From: a virus
Length of the DNA stretch: 64,000 bases
Direction: 5' to 3' (one strand)
IMG/VR virus record: IMGVR_UViG_3300025732_000023
Span: 1-64,000 of that record
Positions 46,738-54,843 of this stretch are shown piece after piece. Positions within the stretch are counted from its first letter, which is position 1, and each line of letters begins with the position of its first letter. The notes beneath the pieces are model-generated. The model saw only the letters and a list, made by a program, of their open reading frames with translations. It was not told the DNA's origin and searched no databases. The translations under genes and the position numbers were made by a program.

Positions 46738-47258
46738 CGATTCTTGTAAGCAATATTGTCCTTGATCGTATTATAGTCGGAACTGCTGCCAGAAAGCAAG
46801 CTATCGTCAACCATCATTACCTCATCAAAACCAGTCCGTTCGATGATCTTGGTCTTGATTTCAAGTTGCTTCTTTTCTTTCTGAATACGACGGAGAAAAG
46901 CGTAGTGAATGATTTGAGTAAAGTATGCAAATGGATTCTTTGACTTCTCTGGATCAAAGTTATGAATATACTGGACGCAGTTTTCAATACCATCAGAGAT
47001 CATATCATCCCGAAACATATAGTTCACAAAGTTCGGTTTGTATGAGAGGTGTGTAGCGATTTTAAGAAAACATTCGCCAAGATAGTTTGAGATTGGTGGT
47101 TTACCTTCCCAGTGCTTTGCTCTTTCTTCTTTTGGTTGCTTTGTAAGATCTTTATCGTAAATCTTCAAGTATGACTTTTCAACTTTTGTTCTATAAACAA
47201 TCAGTGCTTCAAGTAACTCCTTGTTATTTACATAATGTTCTGATTTCTTTTTGGACAT
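46734..47258 (-). CDS. g55: late-transcription sigma factor gp55
   Basis: HYVNNKE, NFVNY..RDDMISDGIENC, NPFAYFTQI. Confidence 0.95.
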   Translation of the reverse strand: MSKKKSEHYVNNKELLEALIVYRTKVEKSYLKIYDKDLTKQPKEERAKHWEGKPPISNYLGECFLKIATHLSYKPNFVNYMFRDDMISDGIENCVQYIHNFDPEKSKNPFAYFTQIIHYAFLRRIQKEKKQLEIKTKIIERTGFDEVMMVDDSLLSGSSSDYNTIKDNIAYKNR

Positions 47259-47294
47259 AACATCGGTCTCAGTAGATAAATTTTTGTTATGTTC

Positions 47295-47363
47295 ATTATA
47301 GCATACTTTGGGGGCTTGACAACATTGGAAATTATGAGTAGAATCTCTTTGTTCCCGTTGAAG
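47295..47363. promoter_or_regulatory. back-to-back sigma70-type promoters: minus toward g55, plus antisense to the upstream ORF and uvsW
   Basis: Minus: TGcTATAAT (-10 at 47300-47295). Plus: TTGACA 47316-47321, 17 nt, TAGAAT 47339-47344. Confidence 0.7.
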
Positions 47364-47371
47364 ATCAGATT

Positions 47372-47785
47372 CTAGCTTTCTTTATTATCTTTAAGGTCTT
47401 TACGGAAAATATTCTCCAAAGTCTTTCTAGCATCTTCAACAGAAGAGATATATCCCATTTTATTAGATATCTGAACCTTACCATCTAGTTCAATATCAAC
47501 ATCTTCATCATTAATATATCTTTCGTAAAAGGTTATCATTTGACTTTCTTTTACTTCAGTCATAGTAACGATCTTATCGTACTTAATGATAAAGAAATCA
47601 TCAGATGGTACTTCCATCCAAGGTTTTACTTTAACGTACTGTCCTATGTGATTAGTAACAACTTTCATTATGACAGGATTTTGAAGTATTACAATAGGAT
47701 CCCCATCGTTATCATCAACGCATATTAAAGAAAATATTTCTTCACCTGTAACAAGTTTGATTGCTGCGTAAAACTCTTCTCCCAT
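47372..47785 (-). CDS. conserved hypothetical protein (Sm-like fold possible)
   Basis: AIKLVTGEEIF...KPWM. Confidence 0.7.
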   Translation of the reverse strand: MGEEFYAAIKLVTGEEIFSLICVDDNDGDPIVILQNPVIMKVVTNHIGQYVKVKPWMEVPSDDFFIIKYDKIVTMTEVKESQMITFYERYINDEDVDIELDGKVQISNKMGYISSVEDARKTLENIFRKDLKDNKES

Positions 47786-49248
47786 TAGTTTTTTAGCGGT
47801 ATGTTTACAATATCATAGTTAAAGTTTTCTTCGTTATAAACTTTGATTCGCTCGATTAAATGATTGAGTGTATAATTTTTTCTTGACTTATAACTGATAT
47901 CATCGGCAATATCATATAAAGTCGCTTTTGTCTTGTTGTCTCCTTTTCTTAGAACTCTTCCAATTGATTGGAGATTTCTAATTCTTGATTTACTTGGAGA
48001 AGCAAAGATAACATTATGTAGGTTTTTAATATTAATGCCTGTTGAAAAAGTTCCGTAAGAAGCAACAATGATTGCGTTATTTTCTTTTTCGGTAATTTCT
48101 CTAACTTTTTCTCTGTCTTCTGTGTCTACTCCACCGTGTACAAAAAACACGTGACGATTTTCATCGATATTCTTATTTATGAGTTCATATAAAGGTTGAC
48201 CATGACCTTCAACTCTTGAAAAAAGAATTAAAGTATTACCTTTGAGATCAAGAGCAAGATTGCGAATAAACTTGTTACGTTTTTCATGATTGATGATATA
48301 TTGAACTTCATCCTCAAAGGTCTCAAACTTATTTGGTGGGTGTTTCAATAGCAGTATATTGATATCCAATTTGGCAACGTGACCCTTTTGCATTAGTTCT
48401 TCTGTTCTAATGATCTTGTATGAAGGGCCAAATAAACCTTCTAGAACCCATTTGTGAGTTTGTGTTCCGTCTAGAGTTCCTGTAAAACCGTAACGAAATT
48501 TAGCATCAGAAAGTTTTGTCATTATAGATACTAATGACTTTGATTTAAACTGGTGTGCTTCATCTCCAACGACCACATTGAATCTTGAAAAGTATTGACG
48601 CGGAAGTTTGTAGATGGACTGCCAGGTTGTAATGATCACCTGAGAGTCAGTTTCCCTCTCCTTTCCTGCGTATATCTTGTGGCAGTATGAACCCACGTCC
48701 CACCCATAATCTGCAAAGTCTTTATACATCTGCTCTACAAGGGATGTCGTTGGAACGACTATCAGAGTATTTTGTCCTTTCTCAACGTAGTATCTCACAA
48801 TCGAATATATCATCAATGACTTTCCAGAAGCAGTTGGAGATATCAACAACTTTCGATTGTGTCTTAAAGCGTCGTATACTCCCTCAACTTGGTACTCACG
48901 GGGAGCATACTTGCAAATAGAAGTCATATAGTCTTTGACTCCTTCCTTTGAGATATGTTCGTTTACTTCAAAAGGAAGTCCATAGAACTTATTATTTGTA
49001 AATTCATAACTATAATCATGAGTCTCACAAAATCTTGTAATTTTATCTAACAAACCTACATAAATTTCACCAGTCTGCGTATTAAATAACCGAATTTTTC
49101 CATCCCAGTGCCTGTTACGGAACTGGGGCATAAACTTGGCACCTGGTACGTCAAACGTGAACTGGTCTGCTAATTCATAATAGACGTGAGGTTCTGCTTT
49201 TACCTGGAGATAGACCTCATTCTTTTTAGATATAACCAAGTGTGACAT
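47785..49248 (-). CDS. uvsW: UvsW RNA-DNA/DNA helicase
   Basis: SPTASGKS, GDEAH, GFTGT, QSIGRVLR. Confidence 0.95.
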   Translation of the reverse strand: MSHLVISKKNEVYLQVKAEPHVYYELADQFTFDVPGAKFMPQFRNRHWDGKIRLFNTQTGEIYVGLLDKITRFCETHDYSYEFTNNKFYGLPFEVNEHISKEGVKDYMTSICKYAPREYQVEGVYDALRHNRKLLISPTASGKSLMIYSIVRYYVEKGQNTLIVVPTTSLVEQMYKDFADYGWDVGSYCHKIYAGKERETDSQVIITTWQSIYKLPRQYFSRFNVVVGDEAHQFKSKSLVSIMTKLSDAKFRYGFTGTLDGTQTHKWVLEGLFGPSYKIIRTEELMQKGHVAKLDINILLLKHPPNKFETFEDEVQYIINHEKRNKFIRNLALDLKGNTLILFSRVEGHGQPLYELINKNIDENRHVFFVHGGVDTEDREKVREITEKENNAIIVASYGTFSTGINIKNLHNVIFASPSKSRIRNLQSIGRVLRKGDNKTKATLYDIADDISYKSRKNYTLNHLIERIKVYNEENFNYDIVNIPLKN

Positions 49249-49282
49249 AAGTTCATATCAATACAAAAATATTTATTGCCAA

Positions 49283-49305
49283 TAAAAAAGAGGCATTTCT
49301 GCCTC
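49283..49305 (-). terminator. intrinsic terminator after uvsY
   Basis: GAGGCA-GAAA-TGCCTC then T run. Confidence 0.65.
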
Positions 49306-49735
49306 AGTTAAATCCTGCTTGGAATCTATGCCATTCAATGGCATTTTTGATTTGATAAGTTCTATTTGAAATTGTTTTGATTACTTCTTCTAGAAACTTT
49401 AACATAATGTCATAGTATCTAATTTTGAGATCTATCTTATTCAGTTTCTCATCGGCATCCATATGCCTCTGCAATGCCTCTTTATCTCTAACCTTGTACG
49501 GGAAAGGTTCTTCTTCGTAAACCTCAATAGATGCCTTTCCTGTATAGTAATTATACCGTTCGAGTTTTACCTTATTGTGAGTCTCTCTTGCACGTTCACG
49601 CAACAAAGTAATCGTATTGTAAACTGTATAGTACTTTGCGTGCAATTGTGGAATTTTTAAAGACTCATCGTGTAAGTTATCAGGATCTATGACAGAATCT
49701 TTCTGCCACATCTCCTGAATTTGATCAAGATCCAT
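49304..49735 (-). CDS. uvsY: UvsY recombination mediator
   Basis: IPQLHAKY, YYTGK, RTYQIKNAIEW. Confidence 0.92.
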   Translation of the reverse strand: MDLDQIQEMWQKDSVIDPDNLHDESLKIPQLHAKYYTVYNTITLLRERARETHNKVKLERYNYYTGKASIEVYEEEPFPYKVRDKEALQRHMDADEKLNKIDLKIRYYDIMLKFLEEVIKTISNRTYQIKNAIEWHRFQAGFN

Positions 49736-50268
49736 TAAGTCGATGATTTCAGTTGATACACAGTATACTTGAAAGATGCCTCTGCTGTAAAGTATTGAAC
49801 GTCAGATGCTGACGCATCAAAATCAAGAGAACTCAATGAGACTGGAAATAGATCTAAAAATTTAACCTTTGCAACTTCCTTAAAGTTACTGTTCAAAACA
49901 CGAAGAGTTCCATCACTAAATTGTGCCTTCATATCTCTTTTGTTTTCAACAGTTGTCAGATCTTTAAATTGAGTTGTAATTTCTGGGAAACCTAATCCAA
50001 CTAACCAATCATAAATTGTAATATAATTTTCCATATTTTCATCAACAATAAATTTTATAGTCAGATCTCCATAATTTAATTTTTCACCTGGAACATCAAG
50101 GTCCTTTAAATATGTTGATTGTCTAGCAACGTCCAAAGTAATTTGTGGTATTCTGGCACTATTGGAGAAAAAATCTACTTTTGGATATCTTGCCAAAGTA
50201 AATTTGAATCCAGTGACAGATAAAAAGTTTCTGTTACTAATTTGGTTTGCCCAATTACAATTTGTCAT
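49735..50268 (-). CDS. g3: tail completion/sheath stabilizer gp3
   Basis: NFLSVTGFKF, VPGEKLNYGDL, FIVDENMENY, FPVSLS. Confidence 0.88.
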   Translation of the reverse strand: MTNCNWANQISNRNFLSVTGFKFTLARYPKVDFFSNSARIPQITLDVARQSTYLKDLDVPGEKLNYGDLTIKFIVDENMENYITIYDWLVGLGFPEITTQFKDLTTVENKRDMKAQFSDGTLRVLNSNFKEVAKVKFLDLFPVSLSSLDFDASASDVQYFTAEASFKYTVYQLKSST

Positions 50269-50339
50269 TATTTTTTCTTAGTTGGAACTATTTTTGGAAT
50301 GCTCATATTTACCTTTATACCCAAATCAGGAATTTTTGG

Positions 50340-50903
50340 TTATGGTTGTGATAAAGTTTTGACGTAAACTTTTTGTTTACCTGCTTCTATTGCAGTAATA
50401 TTGGGATTTCCTGTAAAATCTCTAGTAGTTTGTAATGCTGCATCTAAATATACTGATTTATTATGATCTCCAGCTGATCCAAAGTTTCCAGTGTCACGAA
50501 CAGTAGTTGACGCAATTGGGGCCTTTGTTCCTGGTGCTTTTGTTATTTGTAACTTTGTTCCAAATGGAATAGAAGGTTTAGAGCTTGTTCTAGATGCATA
50601 TGGAACAGCAACTAGCCTTTGAGTGTCATCAAATTTATGACCACTTGCAGTTAATGATCCGGGAGTATCTGCCTTACTGTAAGTGCTTACAGTTACTGGT
50701 TTCCAACCATATCTCTGTTGTTCTACTTCGGTATGAGGACGTTGGGTGAATTTTCCAGTAGACTTATCTAAAACACCAGGTTTATAGTTCTTGTAAGCAA
50801 GAACTTTTGTGTTTGCTTTTGGTTTTACTTGTGGTTTAGATGCAAATGGATTCCAAAATTCTAAAATATCAGCATCACCACAAAATTCTTTAAAAGTTTT
50901 CAT
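50340..50903 (-). CDS. RlpA/3D-like (DPBB) domain protein with capsid-targeting-like N-terminus
   Basis: MKTFKEF start; STYS...TASGHKFD...VAV...IPFGTKLQIT...VRDTG. Confidence 0.7.
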   Translation of the reverse strand: MKTFKEFCGDADILEFWNPFASKPQVKPKANTKVLAYKNYKPGVLDKSTGKFTQRPHTEVEQQRYGWKPVTVSTYSKADTPGSLTASGHKFDDTQRLVAVPYASRTSSKPSIPFGTKLQITKAPGTKAPIASTTVRDTGNFGSAGDHNKSVYLDAALQTTRDFTGNPNITAIEAGKQKVYVKTLSQP

Positions 50904-50905
50904 TA

Positions 50906-51064
50906 TCAATCATTGATAATGAGATTAAACCAAGTTTCACTCATACCATTGATGATGCTATCTGCAGATTCCTTATCTTGGGCATAACCTTCACTGATAA
51001 GATGCTCAACAACCTTTTCGTAGTTCTTATGAATTTCTTGCGATTGCTTAGGAGTAGGCTTCAT
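50906..51064 (-). CDS. 52-aa stand-alone copy of the conserved helix module
   Basis: YEKVVEHLISEGYAQDKESADSIINGMSETWF; CTAAATA late promoter upstream. Confidence 0.65.
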   Translation of the reverse strand: MKPTPKQSQEIHKNYEKVVEHLISEGYAQDKESADSIINGMSETWFNLIIND

Positions 51065-51093
51065 TTTTCTACTAGTTTTATTTTTATTTAGAT

Positions 51094-51121
51094 AAAAAAA
51101 GACCCCCCTTTCGGGAGGTCT
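51094..51121 (-). terminator. terminator after g23
   Basis: AGACCTCC...GGGGGTCT hairpin then T run. Confidence 0.7.
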
Positions 51122-51141
51122 GATAGATATGTGAATCGAGA

Positions 51142-52542
51142 TCACATAAGGTTGGTAACCTTGACTCTTCTGTAGTAACGGTTTGCGTTACGTACCAGAC
51201 CGTCGCCAGTGATAGCGGTTGTACCCTGTGAGAATGGGTTAGCAACGATACCATAGCGGGTCTTGAAGCCAATCTTGGGCTGGAAGGTGTCCTCACCAAC
51301 CGCACGTACCATCTGGAGAGGTACATATGGGCAATAGAACAGACCTGCATCATAAGGGGAAGAACCCTTATAACCAACAACGTAGTACTGGTTAGCAGAA
51401 ACGTTTGCCGAATAAGGATCGATATAAACACGATACTTACCTTGCAGAACACCAGCGAAGGTGTTGCCAGTGTCATCAACGTTCAGGTTAGCGTTGAGCG
51501 CAGGGGTGTAATCAAGTACACCAGCCATTGTCAGGGCGGAAGCAACGTCTGCGGAGCAGAGGATCATGTTGCCCTTTCCACGACGAGTTCTTTGTGCGAT
51601 TGCGTTAGCGTCGCGCTCGATCTGGAAGATAAGACCCTTGAACTTCTCAACTGACCAACGACCGTTAGAGTCAACGTCGAGGTCGAAAGTACCAGCGGTA
51701 GCAACGTTTGCCTGAGCACCAGACTCAGCAACGTTATAGATGGTACGGATAACTTCGCGGTTGATTTCTGCGAGGATCTCGGTGCTGAGGATGTTTGCAA
51801 GCTCAGCTTCTGCATTCAGACCGTGAATTGCCTTCAGGTCTTGTGCGAGTTCGAGTGAGTACTCAGCTTTCAGTGCTCTGGACTTCGCAGTAACGGTGAC
51901 CTTCTCGATCGAGAATGCCATCTCATTGAAGTGACCCTCAGTGCCGTCGCCAAGATTCTCAGCAACATCGGTACGCATACCCTGACCTACGTTGTAGGTT
52001 TGAGCATCGCCAGTTGCAGGGTAGGTAGCATCCAGAAGACCAGGATTGGTTCCTCTTTGTGCAGTAGTACCAAGACCAACGGTTCCGTTAGTCCAACCCT
52101 GAGTGTTGTTGAGGTTGGTTGACTGGCCAGAGAATGCAGTATCCGCTTCGTTGAACAGTGCTTCGGTGCCGCTCTGGGTGTTGTACTTCGAGCGCATTGC
52201 GAAGATGAGTCCAGTAGGACCGTTCATTGGTTGAACGCCAGCGAGGTCATAAGCGACCAGGTTAGGCATTGAACGTCTGATCAGGGAGATCAGAACTGGG
52301 TCGAAACCTGCAACAGGGGCGGAAGCACCAGCGGAGAAACCAGGATTACCGGTTCCAGAAAGGGTGCTAACAGTAGGACCTTCAGAGAGGAATGCTCTCT
52401 CCTCACGGAGTTCTCTCTCTTGGTTTTCTAGCAGGATAGCGGTTACCGCTCTACGATGCGAATCTTTGATTGAATCAAGACCCTCATAGTCGAGGATAGG
52501 TGCCCACTTCTCCTGCAATTGCTCAGCATTGAACATTTGCAT
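51142..52542 (-). CDS. g23: major capsid protein gp23
   Basis: FDPVLISLIRR, GVQPMNGPTGLIFAMRS, KAEYSLELAQDLKAIHGL, FQPKIGFKTRYG. Confidence 0.98.
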   Translation of the reverse strand: MQMFNAEQLQEKWAPILDYEGLDSIKDSHRRAVTAILLENQERELREERAFLSEGPTVSTLSGTGNPGFSAGASAPVAGFDPVLISLIRRSMPNLVAYDLAGVQPMNGPTGLIFAMRSKYNTQSGTEALFNEADTAFSGQSTNLNNTQGWTNGTVGLGTTAQRGTNPGLLDATYPATGDAQTYNVGQGMRTDVAENLGDGTEGHFNEMAFSIEKVTVTAKSRALKAEYSLELAQDLKAIHGLNAEAELANILSTEILAEINREVIRTIYNVAESGAQANVATAGTFDLDVDSNGRWSVEKFKGLIFQIERDANAIAQRTRRGKGNMILCSADVASALTMAGVLDYTPALNANLNVDDTGNTFAGVLQGKYRVYIDPYSANVSANQYYVVGYKGSSPYDAGLFYCPYVPLQMVRAVGEDTFQPKIGFKTRYGIVANPFSQGTTAITGDGLVRNANRYYRRVKVTNLM

Positions 52543-52591
52543 TTGAATTTACCTCTTTTAAAAGTGTTGTTGTTTGATTATGATCTAAAAA

Positions 52592-53671
52592 TCACTTTTT
52601 AGAAGCTCTTGCAAGAGTCTCTAAATAAGCAGCCATTACTGGCGAAACAGATTCAGTGATCGTTTCATCAGATGAGACTTCTTCTGAGAGATTCTCAGTT
52701 GTGCTTCTTTGAGTACCAGTGTTTGCTGGGAAATATGATTCCCTCAGAGTTACTAGCTTCTCACGATAGTCTGCTTCACTGTCAAACTCAACATTTTCGG
52801 CAAGAGAAGCGAGTTTGTCCTTCTGAGATAGTGCAAGACCCTCAGCGACATCTGCAAAGATTACATCAGCAACCGACTCGGCTAATCTTCTATTAAGAGC
52901 AACATTTCTTTGAATTTGCTCGTTGAGTTTTTCTTCCATTTCATCAAGTTTATCTACCATGCTCTCGATTACATCATATCTATCTTCAGGGATTGTTACA
53001 TAATGATCTTCAAAAAGACTCTTCATTCCAACGAGGAATGATTCGGTCATTTCGGTCTTAAGACCGTGCTCAACTGCGAGTGCATTCTCTTGGAACCACT
53101 CATCAGCAACATACTCAAGATATGCATCGACTCTTTCGGTGAGTTCCGACTTAATACCATTGAGTTCTTCTACAAGAGCAACTGCATATGACTCTTGGAG
53201 AGACTCCTTGATTTCGGCAACTTTCGACTTAATCGCTGCTTCGAAGATGGTGCGTGCTTTCTCTTGGAATTCCTCAGAAAGCTCCTCACCTTCGAGAAGA
53301 GCGTTTACATCTTCATCGATGTTAAACTCTTCTTCTACTTCTTCTTCTTCGGCGGTATCTTCTTCTACTTCTTCACCACCTTCCTCACCTTCGAGGTCGG
53401 TCTCTTCCTCTTCGGTTTCTTCTTCAATGACTTCATCTTCAATCTCAGTCTCTTCTGCTTTCATTGCTTTTGCATTAACAATGTCTCTTACCTGAGCAAG
53501 AGTAGCAGATGGATCTTTGAGCTTAGATGAATCGTCATCTGGACGATAATTTTCGGGAGTAGGACCACCTAAATCTTCGTACTCGATGCCAGTTTGTGGC
53601 ATTGGATCGGCAGGTGCAGCCCCTTTGGTTACTACGTTTTCCATTTCTTGTAAATTTCTACCAACGGACAT
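52592..53671 (-). CDS. g22: prohead core scaffold gp22
   Basis: Very acidic; LSEEFQEKARTIFEAA; synteny; late promoter 53702-53709. Confidence 0.92.
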   Translation of the reverse strand: MSVGRNLQEMENVVTKGAAPADPMPQTGIEYEDLGGPTPENYRPDDDSSKLKDPSATLAQVRDIVNAKAMKAEETEIEDEVIEEETEEEETDLEGEEGGEEVEEDTAEEEEVEEEFNIDEDVNALLEGEELSEEFQEKARTIFEAAIKSKVAEIKESLQESYAVALVEELNGIKSELTERVDAYLEYVADEWFQENALAVEHGLKTEMTESFLVGMKSLFEDHYVTIPEDRYDVIESMVDKLDEMEEKLNEQIQRNVALNRRLAESVADVIFADVAEGLALSQKDKLASLAENVEFDSEADYREKLVTLRESYFPANTGTQRSTTENLSEEVSSDETITESVSPVMAAYLETLARASKK

Positions 53672-53711
53672 TTTTGTTTAGATTCTTAGATAATCTATAT
53701 TTATTTATAAA

Positions 53712-54362
53712 TTAAAGATTTGAAAGAAATTCGTTGAATAGATTCAACTTATGCTCTTCAAGTCTTCTCTGATCTACAAGAGTGTTAATTCTCTTTTGAG
53801 TTTGTTCTGCAAGTCTTTCACGAAGAATTCCTCCTTCCCAAACCCACTCTTTACCTTCCATAATTCCCTGAACAAAAGCGTCAGGAGCAGAAGGATCGGC
53901 AACGATATCAGCAGCAGTTGCTAACATAAAATCTTCGCCAACAATTTTATGACCTTCATTAGTCATTTTCAGTGATCCGACACCACGAGAAGAAACGCCT
54001 AAGCAAACTCCCTCACCAATAAGTGATTTTGCAATCTTACCCATTGGAGTTTCTAAAAGTTTTGCCTTACCAATGAAGTTATTACCATCTCTATAAAGTT
54101 CACAAATTTTATGTGATACTCTATCAAGATTTACAGTAGGTCCATCAGGGTGACCGAGTTCACCAAGAGCACGTCCCTTACATACAAAGTTTTCGTTGTA
54201 ACGATTTACCTCTCTTTCCATGATAGAAAGAGGGTACATTCTTCCATTACGGTTGACTTGTTCTGCTTGCAGGAAAATACCTTTGATAAAGCACTGCTTA
54301 TCAGAACCTTTACCTTCGGTAATAAATTCTACTTTTTGAATTTCTTCTGTGATGAGTTTCAT
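53712..54362 (-). CDS. g21: prohead protease gp21
   Basis: MKLITE, NRNGRMY, GELGHP, GVSSRGVGS, DPSAPDA. Confidence 0.96.
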   Translation of the reverse strand: MKLITEEIQKVEFITEGKGSDKQCFIKGIFLQAEQVNRNGRMYPLSIMEREVNRYNENFVCKGRALGELGHPDGPTVNLDRVSHKICELYRDGNNFIGKAKLLETPMGKIAKSLIGEGVCLGVSSRGVGSLKMTNEGHKIVGEDFMLATAADIVADPSAPDAFVQGIMEGKEWVWEGGILRERLAEQTQKRINTLVDQRRLEEHKLNLFNEFLSNL

Positions 54363-54366
54363 TGTT

Positions 54367-54642
54367 TTAGTTTGTGAATCCTACTTTTGCTCCCAAAACA
54401 GCAGCATTCGCCGCATATACACAATGTGATGGTAATTTTTCCAAAAGTTCAGTTTGTAGTCGAGGTAGAGTGAAAGAACCAACAACGGTTCCACCCTGAG
54501 TTTCAACTACCGTAACTAGATATTCTGCTGATGCAGAAGTATTGACCAAACGAACAACTGTTGCTGAAGTAAAACTTGTTGCTGTTCCAGTTGTAGTTGG
54601 AAGTGCTGCTTCTGCCCCAAGAACTTTAATTCTATTGGCCAT
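54367..54642 (-). CDS. small virion-associated hypothetical protein
   Basis: 91 aa between g20 and g21. Confidence 0.65.
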   Translation of the reverse strand: MANRIKVLGAEAALPTTTGTATSFTSATVVRLVNTSASAEYLVTVVETQGGTVVGSFTLPRLQTELLEKLPSHCVYAANAAVLGAKVGFTN

Positions 54643-54815
54643 TATTCTTGATCCTCTGTTTCTTCTACTTCAGACTCACCAAACATAGATGATGCTACGT
54701 ATGGTTTTGCGAGTTCAATTCTCTCTGCTGCTTTTGAATAAAGAATATCGTGAATTTTGTCACGAACATCCGATGCTGATGCATCAGTTGCAATCAAGTC
54801 GATAAGATCTTCCAT
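54642..54815 (-). CDS. small acidic prohead-core-like protein (57 aa)
   Basis: Manual: MEDLIDLIATDASASDVRDKIHDILYSKAAERIE...; TATAAATA at 54841-54848; g67/g68-equivalent position. Confidence 0.65.
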   Translation of the reverse strand: MEDLIDLIATDASASDVRDKIHDILYSKAAERIELAKPYVASSMFGESEVEETEDQE

Positions 54816-54843
54816 AAAATTATTTTATTAATTATAAATTTAT

